A DNA stretch of 64,000 nucleotides from an uncultured Candidatus Saccharibacteria bacterium (GCA_937959535.1 CALGPW010000013.1:34372-98371), one strand, 5' to 3'. Shown: positions 16,911 through 27,060, counted from the stretch's first letter. The notes: generated by a model not told the origin, from the sequence alone. Numbers and translations: made by a program.

Positions 16911-19847
16911 ATGCCGCTAGGTACAAGAGAAAGACCAGATACCAGTCAAGACAACGCCGACGATTTCGACCAGTGGGAGAATCAGATGCGGACACCAACA
17001 GACCAAGGCCATGCCGACGATTTCGACGCCTGGGAGCGCGAAATGTCGCCGAGCCAGGCGCACTGGGATGATACTGTCAGCCGAAATTTGTCGAGGATGG
17101 AGAACAAAAAACCAGCCAAACGCGGCAACGAAGCGGCTAGCAGTAGCGGTAATAGTAGTGACGACGCCGCTGGCAATATCAACAATAAAGAGAAGCAGTC
17201 GCAGCAGCAAGACGGCTGGCGCGACAACACCTCGAGAGACCTAAACAAGCCTAAAAAGGGCAAGGGTAAATCAGGCGGCTTTTCGGCTATGAATAAGCTC
17301 AAACGATTTGGCCCGACTGGCGCGGTAGCCAGTATGCTACTGGTCGGTGCTGTTGGCATCGGTTCGTCGACTAGCATCATGGGCTCGTTGCTAGTATCTA
17401 TCAAAGAGTCAATTGTCACCAATATTGATCAGCAGCAATATACGTCATCATCGCGATCAAACCGAATTTTAGCACGGCGCCTAGCCGATGACGCCACATC
17501 TGGGTCTTGTACTCTGGTCAAAATCGCCTGCCGTTTTCATAAACCGACCGACTACCAGCTAAAACAGCTTGATAAGGCTGGTGTCAAAGCTCTCGACGAA
17601 GCCGGCGAAGTTATCGAAAAAGGCAAACTAATCGGCGGCAAACGGCCAGCTCACTATCTGATAGACGGCGAGAAGATATCCGCTAAAGATTTCAAAAAGG
17701 CATTACGCAATAATCCTAAACTCCGCAACGCTTTCCGGCGCGCTTTTAACCCGCGCTGGGTGAACTGGGTTGACGACGCCGCGGTCAAGTTCCTCAAGAA
17801 AATAGGCGTCACCAAAAAAGTAGCAGAAAAGTTAAACTCCAAAAAAACCAGAAAAGCTCTAACCGAAGCCACAGACGAATTAACGAAAATAGAAGGCAAA
17901 GCGGCTGATAAACTGAATAAAGAAATCGCCGAACAAGCTGGTGATTACGCTACAAAAGAAGCCAAAAAAGCCACCAAAAAGAAGGGGAACGACGTCAAGC
18001 TAATGATGGCTCAAGGAATCTGCGCGGCAGCCAAGGCGCCAAATGTGATAGTCAATATCAATAAGGCTTTTCGAATCGCCCAGTACGCCAAACTAGCTTA
18101 TACCTTTTTGACAGCCGCTGATGCCATCAAAAAGGGCGAGGCCACCCCAGAAATGGTCAATAACGTAGCGACTATCCTCACTCAATCATATACTAAGTCC
18201 GACGGTACTATCAAAAAACCCGCTACCGACGCTAAACTAATGAAATATACTATGGGTCTAGGCACCGCTGGCAGCTCGTCGTCGTATATACCAGGAGTTG
18301 GCGGCACTCTAGCCACCTATCTAGGTGTTGTCAATAGCGAGCCTGTCAAAATGGGATGCGATCTGATCGGCTCGACAGCAGCCGAAGTCGGCGTCGATAT
18401 TTTTGACGGCCTCAGGGCTGGACTAGGGCCGATTGGCTGGGCCTGGGTAGGTGGAGAGCTGCTCATCGAAGGCCTATTAACTTTCGATACTGTCCAAGAA
18501 AAACTCAGTTCAGTCATGGGAAGTATTGTGCAGACCTCTATTGACGCATTTACCAAGTGGGTAGATATGAAAGCAGTAGCCGAATACTTCTTAGGCGACA
18601 AAACCAAGGGAGCAACTGGCACTGATATCGGCGACATCACTGGCGTGGGCTTATCAAACAGCATGGCCGACCAAGCCAGCTACACTGGCAATGCACCGCT
18701 AACCGTCCAGCAAAAAGTTGCCTTCGACGAGCAAATTGTCCAACCCGAGCGTATTGCCCTAGCCGAAGAAGACCGCTTGACACACAGCCCATTCGACATC
18801 TCTAGTCCGAATACTTTCCTGGGGTCAATCGCTATACGATTCGTACCGTATTTAGGTATGGCATCGAGTCCATTAGCATTCGTATCGGCCATCTCGTCGA
18901 TATCCACTTCGTCGCTATTTAATCTGTTCAATCCGTCGGCTTATGCCAAAAATATCATCGATGAAAACAAATGTACTCAAAACACCGTGTTAGCCAACGA
19001 AAAAGACATCGCTGTCGGTCCAGCCTGCGACGTTCAATACGGCGTACCAACTGATTATATGGGTATAGAACCTGATCAAGTAGCTAGCGAATTAAGCGCT
19101 TCCGGCGATATTGATGAAGACGGCAAAGTAAAGAGTAATAGCGAATTACAAGATTGGATAGACACTTGCAACCAAGCTAGCATTATAAACACCAAAGAAT
19201 GCACCGTTGACAGCCGGCAGCGCGCCCTGTATAACCTATACCAAATCGACAAACGCACTGTCGATGGTATGGATGAGGATCCAGATAAAACGAAATCGGC
19301 AGCAGGTTCAGGCTCAGGATCAACCACCAGCGGCCCTGGCGCCACCTTGCCAGATGGCGATGTTATTAGCCTAGCCAAGCAGATTGTCGATAATCCAAAT
19401 ATTACCTACGATGGCGATCAGTTCCAAAATATGGCAAATGGACAACCGGCCTACACTAACTCATTAGGTCCGATAACAGTAGACAAGAGATTGCTTCAAA
19501 TCATCTTATATATAGCCAACAAATATCCTATATATATATCTTCGCTAGTCCGAGACAATACCAACAACTACAGTTTACACCCTGTCGGAGAGGCCGTAGA
19601 CATAGCGATGATAAACGGTACAGCGACCACAGGCGGCGACCAAAACGCTATAGACATGCTACAGTATCTCCTTGATGGCAAAGTTCTACCGCAAGGTGCT
19701 GGCGTCGGACAGGAAGGTTGCGGCAATCGTGCTGGTTCGGGAATGGATGGTAAACTGTCCAGTGCTGGCTTGGTGCCTCATGATGACTCATGCGACCACG
19801 TACATTTAGCGCTGCGTTGGACGAGGAGTGCTCCGAAAAATTGGTAG
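16911..19847 (+). CDS. Large membrane-anchored T4SS-associated protein with C-terminal Zn-peptidase-like (M15/DD-peptidase) domain
   Basis: Disordered N-terminus, TM near aa 135-160, C-terminal SLHPVGEAVD...DHVHL (H-x6-D...HxH). Confidence 0.65.
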   Translation: MPLGTRERPDTSQDNADDFDQWENQMRTPTDQGHADDFDAWEREMSPSQAHWDDTVSRNLSRMENKKPAKRGNEAASSSGNSSDDAAGNINNKEKQSQQQDGWRDNTSRDLNKPKKGKGKSGGFSAMNKLKRFGPTGAVASMLLVGAVGIGSSTSIMGSLLVSIKESIVTNIDQQQYTSSSRSNRILARRLADDATSGSCTLVKIACRFHKPTDYQLKQLDKAGVKALDEAGEVIEKGKLIGGKRPAHYLIDGEKISAKDFKKALRNNPKLRNAFRRAFNPRWVNWVDDAAVKFLKKIGVTKKVAEKLNSKKTRKALTEATDELTKIEGKAADKLNKEIAEQAGDYATKEAKKATKKKGNDVKLMMAQGICAAAKAPNVIVNINKAFRIAQYAKLAYTFLTAADAIKKGEATPEMVNNVATILTQSYTKSDGTIKKPATDAKLMKYTMGLGTAGSSSSYIPGVGGTLATYLGVVNSEPVKMGCDLIGSTAAEVGVDIFDGLRAGLGPIGWAWVGGELLIEGLLTFDTVQEKLSSVMGSIVQTSIDAFTKWVDMKAVAEYFLGDKTKGATGTDIGDITGVGLSNSMADQASYTGNAPLTVQQKVAFDEQIVQPERIALAEEDRLTHSPFDISSPNTFLGSIAIRFVPYLGMASSPLAFVSAISSISTSSLFNLFNPSAYAKNIIDENKCTQNTVLANEKDIAVGPACDVQYGVPTDYMGIEPDQVASELSASGDIDEDGKVKSNSELQDWIDTCNQASIINTKECTVDSRQRALYNLYQIDKRTVDGMDEDPDKTKSAAGSGSGSTTSGPGATLPDGDVISLAKQIVDNPNITYDGDQFQNMANGQPAYTNSLGPITVDKRLLQIILYIANKYPIYISSLVRDNTNNYSLHPVGEAVDIAMINGTATTGGDQNAIDMLQYLLDGKVLPQGAGVGQEGCGNRAGSGMDGKLSSAGLVPHDDSCDHVHLALRWTRSAPKNW

Positions 19848-19853
19848 ATTAGT

Positions 19854-21737
19854 ATGCGAAAAACACTGTCTATTATACTATCAGCAATCATACTAGCGAA
19901 TACCTACACTCAAACCACTTCATTTGCGCTAGAGAAACTGAATATTAACTCGTCTATCAATAATATTGAATACTATGACAGTAATGCCGCCTGCTCGACA
20001 GGGTCGGGTGCCGATTTGTCATCAGTTAGCCCTGGCAGCGGTGCGCCTAACGGCCTAACATATCCAAATCTAGATGCTGCAAAAATGGCAGATGCAATCG
20101 AAAAGTATATCGAAGCTCATGCACCAGACAGTCCGCTAAAAGGCACTGGTCAAAAAGCTGTAGCTAGCGCCAAAAAAGCCAACCTTAGCCCATTTTTGGC
20201 ATATGCGCATGCTATGATGGAGTCATCATTAGCAACAACGACCGTAGAAGGCGCTCAGATAAAACTACAGCAGGGACACAATGCTTTTGGACGCACTGCA
20301 ACCGACTCCCAGCCGCACGTTGTAGAAGCCGATCGAAACTGGTATATGTGGACTTCTTTCGAAGCTAGCGTCGATGCCGAAGCCGAAGAAAACAAAAATG
20401 TTGATAGCGGCGACTGGTTTTCATACGATAGAGCGGTATTTTCTGATGAAATCGACCAAGGTATGACAGCCTATGTGGAAAGATACGCTCCACGAAAAGA
20501 AAACCCAACAGACGAATATATATCTTTCATGCAAGGCGCTCTCGACGAGATGGCTGGCTACGCTGGCGCCTCGGTCGCTACCGCCTCTACTGCGTCGACT
20601 ACAGCTTCATCCAGTAGTACTACTGATTGTTGTGCGACACCAACCAAAGGTGGCGGCGTAGTTAAAATGTTATCAGACAACCCAGAAACCGCCCTAGGTT
20701 ATTTGATGAGCGCTGGCAATGGTACCAAACTAACTCTAGCTCAGGCTGCTGGCATCGTCGGTAACCTCCAGGTAGAATCATCACCAAACGTCGATCCTAG
20801 AGCCTCTAATGGTACGCATATTGGTATCGCCCAATGGGATGAAGCCAACCGCTGGAATAATGGAGTAGTTAAGTTTGCAGCCGACATGAATGGCGACCCG
20901 TATGATCTAGCAATCCAATTACGCTTTCTAGCTTGGGAAATGGGCTTAACTGACGAATGGAAAGACCACCCATCTACTAACGGCGGAGTCGCCGACGCCG
21001 TCCGAGCGACCTCAACCCCCGAAGAAGCTGCGGAAGTATTCGAGGCGACATTCGAAAGAAGCGGCGGCAGCGCGCTCGACCAACGACGAGCCAATGCTAG
21101 AGCTCTTCACGATAAATACAAAGACAGCGCAGCACTTGGTTCGTCAGGTGCCGCCCTACCAGGCACTTCCGCGGCGTGCAGCAGCGGCAGCGGCGGGGCT
21201 TCAGGACTGCAAGATTACACCCTCAAATACGCTTGGAAAGAGTTGCATCACGAACCACGTACCCAGCGAAAAGACGACTACGTTGCAGCTATGGATAGCG
21301 CTGTAAAAGACGGGCGCTACACTGACACTCCAAAAAGCGAAGAGATGAGAGGCGTTGATTGCGGCGTATTTGTCACAACATTACTCTATGATAGCGGCTT
21401 TGATAAAACATATAACTTTGATGCTAAGGGTGGCGGTTCGGCCATCCAGCGTGAGTGGGCACACGGTCATTGGCAATTCCTTGGTAGCGCTAACCACACA
21501 TACGAACCAGATGGTAGTAAGTTCACCGACGACAAGCTCCAACCGGGCGATGTGGCTTTTTCAGAAGGCCACGTCTGGATATATGTCGGCGAAATCAGCG
21601 GTTTTGAAAGTAAATATGCCTCTGCCAGCCAAGGAGAAAAAGCTCCAAGCGCTGCTGGCGAAGGATTTGATTGGGACGGTGCGGTGTGGTATAGGAAGAA
21701 ATCATCAACAACTTCATCATCGGGGATATCAGCATGA
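19854..21737 (+). CDS. Secreted multidomain peptidoglycan hydrolase (lysozyme/glucosaminidase-like + phage-tail lysozyme + NlpC/P60), VirB1-like role
   Basis: MMESSL..HNAFG..YAP; AAGIVGNLQVES..GIAQW..QLRF..FERS; GVDCGVFV..QPGD..GHVWIY. Confidence 0.8.
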   Translation: MRKTLSIILSAIILANTYTQTTSFALEKLNINSSINNIEYYDSNAACSTGSGADLSSVSPGSGAPNGLTYPNLDAAKMADAIEKYIEAHAPDSPLKGTGQKAVASAKKANLSPFLAYAHAMMESSLATTTVEGAQIKLQQGHNAFGRTATDSQPHVVEADRNWYMWTSFEASVDAEAEENKNVDSGDWFSYDRAVFSDEIDQGMTAYVERYAPRKENPTDEYISFMQGALDEMAGYAGASVATASTASTTASSSSTTDCCATPTKGGGVVKMLSDNPETALGYLMSAGNGTKLTLAQAAGIVGNLQVESSPNVDPRASNGTHIGIAQWDEANRWNNGVVKFAADMNGDPYDLAIQLRFLAWEMGLTDEWKDHPSTNGGVADAVRATSTPEEAAEVFEATFERSGGSALDQRRANARALHDKYKDSAALGSSGAALPGTSAACSSGSGGASGLQDYTLKYAWKELHHEPRTQRKDDYVAAMDSAVKDGRYTDTPKSEEMRGVDCGVFVTTLLYDSGFDKTYNFDAKGGGSAIQREWAHGHWQFLGSANHTYEPDGSKFTDDKLQPGDVAFSEGHVWIYVGEISGFESKYASASQGEKAPSAAGEGFDWDGAVWYRKKSSTTSSSGISA

Positions 21738-22363
21738 ATAAACGCAAAATTATTATTGCCATCATTTTCGCTATCATTGTGATCGTTGGTGCGCTAATTT
21801 ATCAAATTTACACCGCTATCGACCGGTCGGGGAAAATCCCGGTCGAGGTTGCCGCCGCCCCTAACGACGCGAAAATCACTTTCAGAGACAAAAAAACTAA
21901 GGCCGAGTACACCGCCAAAAACGGCACCAATTACCTGCCGCCAGGCGATTATTCAATCACGGCCGCCAAAGACGGCTTCCGCAGCAGCCAGACAGAGGTT
22001 AATGCCACCACCAAACCACGGCATACTGTCATTATCGAGCTCATGCCGCAATCAGATCAAGCTCGCCAGTGGCAAAAAAAACACATGGATCAATATAATA
22101 AGGTTGAAGGTATTGCTGGCCAGCAAATCCGCGAAACTGGCAAAAAATTCACCGAAAAATATCCAGTAGTCGCTAAATTACCGATCAAGGATCCTTACTA
22201 CTCAATCGGTTATTACAAGAAAGACGACCGGCCAATCATTGTTATCCGCACCGAATCGCCGCAATACCGCTACAAAGCCACGCTGCGGTTAGTATCTATG
22301 GGTATTAAATTAAGCGATTATCAGATAGAATATGCCGATTATAAAAGCCATCTAGGAGAATAA
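21734..22363 (+). CDS. Single-TM PEGA/carboxypeptidase-regulatory-like protein
   Basis: N-terminal TM; AAPNDAKI..LPPGDYSITAAKDGF; KYPVVAKLP. Confidence 0.65.
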   Translation: MNKRKIIIAIIFAIIVIVGALIYQIYTAIDRSGKIPVEVAAAPNDAKITFRDKKTKAEYTAKNGTNYLPPGDYSITAAKDGFRSSQTEVNATTKPRHTVIIELMPQSDQARQWQKKHMDQYNKVEGIAGQQIRETGKKFTEKYPVVAKLPIKDPYYSIGYYKKDDRPIIVIRTESPQYRYKATLRLVSMGIKLSDYQIEYADYKSHLGE

Positions 22364-22366
22364 TTT

Positions 22367-23095
22367 ATGACGCCGAAGAAGAAAATCATTATCATTGCCG
22401 CCGCTTTTTCTGCATTTACCGTTTTGATGATTATATTGGCAGTAATTACTTCTCGCCAGTATTTGACAATCTCATTCGATTCATCGAAATATTCTAGCGT
22501 TATACTATATAAAGGCACTGACACCAAGACCGAAAATACCATCGCTCCTACCAAAACAGTCATCGAAAAATCCATTCAGTCCGGCAAAGAGTATTTCTTG
22601 CCGAAAGGCACTTACTTTTTAGTAGCTAAGAGTAAAGATAATATCGTGTCAATTTTACAACGAGGAATATTGTTGGGCTCGGACAAAAAAAGCGTTTCTC
22701 TCGACTACAAATATACTAATTCGTACTTGCAAAAACTGACAAACGAGAATAAAAAAGCTATAGATAGCGCTATCCTAGGCAGTAATAGCAAAATAAGCAC
22801 CTTTTATACTATCAAAAACGAAGCTGTGCTAGAGAAGGGTGATTGGGCGATTGCCGCCCTGGTGTTTAACGGTGCTGGCACCGACTTAAATCGAGACACT
22901 CTGAAAGTCGTCCTCGAGAAGAAAAATTCGAAATGGGTAGTTAAATGCAAGCCGATGATCTCGATCAGTAAATACGACTGCTCGGCGCCGCAAAGTACTC
23001 TCAATAAAGCTAACACTATCGACATCACTACACAGCGGCCGCTCATGCCGAATTATAACATCGGCAACACGAACAAAGTCGATAGGTACGAGTAG
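22367..23095 (+). CDS. Single-TM hypothetical protein at end of T4SS operon
   Basis: N-terminal TM, LPKGTY motif similar to upstream gene, tight spacing. Confidence 0.6.
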   Translation: MTPKKKIIIIAAAFSAFTVLMIILAVITSRQYLTISFDSSKYSSVILYKGTDTKTENTIAPTKTVIEKSIQSGKEYFLPKGTYFLVAKSKDNIVSILQRGILLGSDKKSVSLDYKYTNSYLQKLTNENKKAIDSAILGSNSKISTFYTIKNEAVLEKGDWAIAALVFNGAGTDLNRDTLKVVLEKKNSKWVVKCKPMISISKYDCSAPQSTLNKANTIDITTQRPLMPNYNIGNTNKVDRYE

Positions 23096-23108
23096 ACAAT
23101 CATGAGTA

Positions 23109-24107
23109 CTAATCGCCAGTACTCGTCATCACGATTTGGTTATCGACAAACTCGCTCATCAGCCGCTTTTGGCGATGTCGATCAAGCTCGCCAAAGACGT
23201 CATCTAGCAAAATTAACGGCCTTTTACCAGTTTGCTGCTCAATATAAGCTGCCTCGAGAAATTTCAGCGCCAAAATAATCGTCCTCGCCTCGCCGCGAGA
23301 GGCAACTTTGGCAGCAGGTTTATCACCAAATCCAATCGCTATATCGTGCCGATGCGGCCCAGTGCTGGTCGCGCCAACCGCCTTGTCATAAGTGATTTTT
23401 TCTTCATATTCCTTGAGCAGTTTTTGCGCTGACACGCGGCTTTCGTGGGAGTATTTCAAGCTAATAATATCGCTCGTGCCAGCGATACTCTGATAGATTG
23501 CAGTTATTTTACTATTAAAATCGTTCAAAACCGCTTGGCGCTTACTAATAATTTTAGCGCCATAATCGCTCAGTATCAGATTCCAAGAGAATAATTCGTC
23601 GTCGTTAATTAGCGGATCCTTGAGGAGCTTATTACGCTGCAACAGGGCGCGATTATACCGGCTCAGCTCATGTGAATATGACTGGTCGTATTGTTGAATC
23701 AACCCGTCCAAAAAATCGCGGCGGCGCTGCGGCGAACCGTTAACAATCCGCAGCGTATCCGGCTCAAAAAACACAATCGGATATTTGAGAGCATAAGGTA
23801 AGCGGCCGTGTTTTTTGCCAGCAACCACAAACTGTTTGCGCTTGGCGCCGTCTTGATTTTGATAAGTCACCCGATATTGCAGTTCATCGGTAGCTACGTC
23901 TATCTGATACATTTGAGCGCCGTACGAACAAATCGATTCGTCGCTGCCGCGAAAGGACTTGCCGCGCAAAGCGATATATAAGGCCTCGATAAGCGATGTC
24001 TTGCCGCAACCGTTCGGGCCAGATATTAGCGTCGTCCCTGGCTCCAAATCAAGCATTTTCAGCGAATGAACGCGAACATTCTGCACCGCCAATCGCAAAA
24101 TCTTCAT
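23109..24107 (-). CDS. recF: DNA replication/repair protein RecF
   Basis: GPNGCGKTS, RRDFLD, LLQRNKLL, GPHRHD, ASRGE, LLDDVFGELD. Confidence 0.95.
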   Translation of the reverse strand: MKILRLAVQNVRVHSLKMLDLEPGTTLISGPNGCGKTSLIEALYIALRGKSFRGSDESICSYGAQMYQIDVATDELQYRVTYQNQDGAKRKQFVVAGKKHGRLPYALKYPIVFFEPDTLRIVNGSPQRRRDFLDGLIQQYDQSYSHELSRYNRALLQRNKLLKDPLINDDELFSWNLILSDYGAKIISKRQAVLNDFNSKITAIYQSIAGTSDIISLKYSHESRVSAQKLLKEYEEKITYDKAVGATSTGPHRHDIAIGFGDKPAAKVASRGEARTIILALKFLEAAYIEQQTGKRPLILLDDVFGELDRHRQKRLMSEFVDNQIVMTSTGD

Positions 24108-24108
24108 A

Positions 24109-25209
24109 TTAACTCTTCAGAGGCATAATTATATGGATATAATCCGAATTTTCGCTTGCCGGCGACAAAACACATGGCGACAGTTTGCCGCTAAACCGGA
24201 AATCGACGCTATCGCCATCGATAACTCCAAGCGCGTCGGTAATATAGCGTGAATTTAACGTGAGAACACCGCCGCCAGTAACCTCGGCATCAGCCGAGCT
24301 AGTATTCTCGCCAAGTTCGCTAGCAATCGAGTGAATACTAATATTATTCTTTTCGCCGTCAACCGTCACTGTCACGCTGCCGCCAGAATTGCGCGCAAAC
24401 AATCCAGCAATCTTCACAATTCGCGAAAAATCATCCATCTTGACTCGCGCTTGGGTTTCGAAGGTCGCTGGTATCAACTGCTGATATTTCGGATAGCTGC
24501 CTTCGATTAAACGGCTGGTAATCTCGGAGTCATCGACCCGGAAGCGGACTTGCTCGTCGTCAAACAGTACCTCGACTTGGTCGGTGCTATCCGAGATCGT
24601 TCGCAGCACCTCTTGCAGGCTCGACGTCGGTACGATTGCCGCAATCTCGCTAGTAGTATCAAATAGGCGGCGCTGCGCTAAGCGATAGCCGTCAGTGCCC
24701 GCTAGATACAATTTGCCGCCGTCAGTGTGCCAATAAACGCCGGTTAGTACTGGACGCGAGGTATCATTGCTAGTAGTGATAATCGTCTGGCTAACAGCTT
24801 GCTTGAAATCAGCTACTGCGATAGTGTAGGTGACAGCTTGATTCTCATCAATTGATGGTAATTCTGGAAATTCACCAGCGTCAACACCTGACATAATTGA
24901 TGAATAATTGCCCGACGAAATAGTCATCGACGTTCCTTTGCTAGCTATATCAACCGTACCGCGCGGCAGACTAGCTATAAATTCGCTAATTAGTTTGGCT
25001 GGCAAGGTCAACTCGCCCGGTTTAGTAATTTTGGCGCCAACATAGCAAGTCGCTGCTATCTCTAAGTTAGTCGCAGCAACCAATAACCGGTTAGCTTCAG
25101 TTCGCAGCAACACATTGCCAAGTATTGGTAGTCCGGCGCGGCTGCTAGCGATCCGGCCAACGATTGCTAGTGCTCGCGCAAAGTTTTCTTGTGTGACCGA
25201 TAATTCCAT
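24109..25209 (-). CDS. dnaN: DNA polymerase III beta sliding clamp
   Basis: ATNLE, RPVLTGV, GTDGYRL, RLIEGSYP, IMPL; downstream of dnaA. Confidence 0.97.
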   Translation of the reverse strand: MELSVTQENFARALAIVGRIASSRAGLPILGNVLLRTEANRLLVAATNLEIAATCYVGAKITKPGELTLPAKLISEFIASLPRGTVDIASKGTSMTISSGNYSSIMSGVDAGEFPELPSIDENQAVTYTIAVADFKQAVSQTIITTSNDTSRPVLTGVYWHTDGGKLYLAGTDGYRLAQRRLFDTTSEIAAIVPTSSLQEVLRTISDSTDQVEVLFDDEQVRFRVDDSEITSRLIEGSYPKYQQLIPATFETQARVKMDDFSRIVKIAGLFARNSGGSVTVTVDGEKNNISIHSIASELGENTSSADAEVTGGGVLTLNSRYITDALGVIDGDSVDFRFSGKLSPCVLSPASENSDYIHIIMPLKS

Positions 25210-25476
25210 AATTATTACCTATCTTTCTTTTTATAATTAGTGATGTATATAGTAGGTGCTGTGGACAATGGGGAAAAGTAGCTGATTAACAGAGGTAATT
25301 GACGAATTTTAGCCTGAGAAAATCTAGCGGAAAAAGAGTGAGTTTCACATAGTAAAACTAGGCAGTTTGTCCACTTTGATGACAACGATAGCCAGAACTC
25401 TTGCCAAACAGTGGATAAACGAACACAATTTTTACCCAGAACTTTGAACCAGCTGTACACAAAATTTCCACAGTAT
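25210..25476. other. oriC part 1 (dnaA-dnaN intergenic) with DnaA boxes, DnaA-trios and AT-rich unwinding region
   Basis: Minus strand TTTTCCCCA-TTGTCCACA-GCACC-TAC TAT ATA CAT CAC TAA-TTATAAAAA; further box-like TTGTCCACT, TTATCCACT, ATTTCCACA. Confidence 0.85.
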
Positions 25477-26835
25477 TTAAGCATAAAGTTTCTCCCGGAT
25501 TTCGGCGACTTGTTCGCGGATAGTGAGGTCAAGCTTGATAGCCTTTTCAATTTTGTTGACTGAATGAATAGCAGTAGTGTGATCTTTGCGGCCGAGCTCT
25601 TGAGCGATGCGCGGAAAGCTCATGTGTAGTTCGCTGCGTAGTAAATACATGGCAATTTGCCGCGGCGTGGCAATATATTTATCGCGTTTACTGCTGCACA
25701 TTTCTTTGCTGTCAATTTGGAAGTGGCGAGCGGTTTTGTCGATGATTTGCTTGGCGGTTAGATGTTGCGGTCTGGTTGATCGAACGTTGCCGAGCAGTCC
25801 TTCGGCGGTGGCGGCATCTGGTGTGGTGCCGCGCATTTCCGAATAAGCCAGCAGCTGATTAAGCGCGCCCTCTAGCTCGCGGACATTAGTTTTGATATTT
25901 TGCGCTAAATATTCGACCGTCTGGCGCTCCAGTGTCACGCCGGACATGCTAGCTTTGGTCTCGATGATGACGCAGCGAGTCTCGAAATCAGGCATTTGAA
26001 TATCAATCGCCATACCCCATTCAAAGCGGCTGCGCAGCCTCTCGGTTAAGGTTGGAATACTGCGCGGCGGCTTGTCGCTGCTGATGATAATTTGCTTATT
26101 AGCTTGATGTAGGGCATTAAAAGTATGAAAGAATTCTTCTTGAGTTTTTTCTTTGCCGGCGATGAATTGCATATCATCGACGATCAAGACGTCAACGTTG
26201 CGATATTTATCGCTGAAGCCAGCGATTTTGAAACGAATACTGTCGAGAAATTCTTTCATGAAAGTTTCAGAGCTAACATAGGCAACTTTCATTTTGGGAT
26301 CGCGCTTGATGATGGCGTTGCCGACAGCTTGAATCAAGTGAGTCTTGCCTAAGCCGACGCCGCCGTAGATGAAAAGCGGATTATATTTGGCGCCAGGATT
26401 AGCGGCGGCTGCCTGGCAAGCAGTGTAGGCGAGGTCGTTGCATGAACCAACTACGAAATTATCAAAAGTGTAGCGCGGGTTAAGAGTGGTATTAGCGGTG
26501 GGTGTTTTGGCGTTAACTGGCGCGCGGCTAATTAACTCGTTAGCGCGATCGCGCAGCGAAGCGGTAGTTTCGCGGCTAGTGATTTTTTTCTTGGTATTTT
26601 TGACTTTGTAATTAACATCTTTGATATTAGGGTTATTTTTCTTGAGGATCTCGCGGATTTGCGTATCGAAACGCTTTTCGAGCTGTGATTTAGCAAAGAC
26701 ATTAACAACGCCGATAGTCGCCGTGCCATTATCGTAAGATAGTAGCTCAGTATCGCGAAACCAGGTTTTGAAGTTCGCATGCGATACTGAAAGCTCGATT
26801 TCCCCCAGGACACTTTGCCATAATGAATTATTCAT
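25477..26835 (-). CDS. dnaA: Chromosomal replication initiator DnaA
   Basis: YTFDNFVVG, YNPLFIYGGVGLGKTHL, QEEFFHTFN, RELEGAL, RKDHTT. Confidence 0.98.
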   Translation of the reverse strand: MNNSLWQSVLGEIELSVSHANFKTWFRDTELLSYDNGTATIGVVNVFAKSQLEKRFDTQIREILKKNNPNIKDVNYKVKNTKKKITSRETTASLRDRANELISRAPVNAKTPTANTTLNPRYTFDNFVVGSCNDLAYTACQAAAANPGAKYNPLFIYGGVGLGKTHLIQAVGNAIIKRDPKMKVAYVSSETFMKEFLDSIRFKIAGFSDKYRNVDVLIVDDMQFIAGKEKTQEEFFHTFNALHQANKQIIISSDKPPRSIPTLTERLRSRFEWGMAIDIQMPDFETRCVIIETKASMSGVTLERQTVEYLAQNIKTNVRELEGALNQLLAYSEMRGTTPDAATAEGLLGNVRSTRPQHLTAKQIIDKTARHFQIDSKEMCSSKRDKYIATPRQIAMYLLRSELHMSFPRIAQELGRKDHTTAIHSVNKIEKAIKLDLTIREQVAEIREKLYA

Positions 26836-27060
26836 CTAAAACTTATACCCTCACAAGCTGTTAATAACTTATCTCTATGATAGCTGATTCACGAGTTTTC
26901 CACAACTATAAGAACGTTACGTTCATTAATAGTTATGTAGACGACTAAACAGAGGTGAGTTTTTCCACAATTTAGCTCTACCTCTGTTAAATTTGTGGAC
27001 AAACCAGCCAAAAATGTGGATAATTTATATAGCGATAGTATAATCTCGACAGATTAGCAA
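26836..27060. other. oriC part 2: DnaA-box cluster upstream of dnaA
   Basis: TTTTCCACA (about 26897 and 26962), TGTGGACAA (about 26994), TGTGGATAA (about 27015). Confidence 0.8.

Noticed and set aside
25215..25550. 111 aa ORF between dnaA and dnaN
   Set aside because: It overlaps the dnaA end and runs through the DnaA-box cluster with no recognisable motif; likely spurious.
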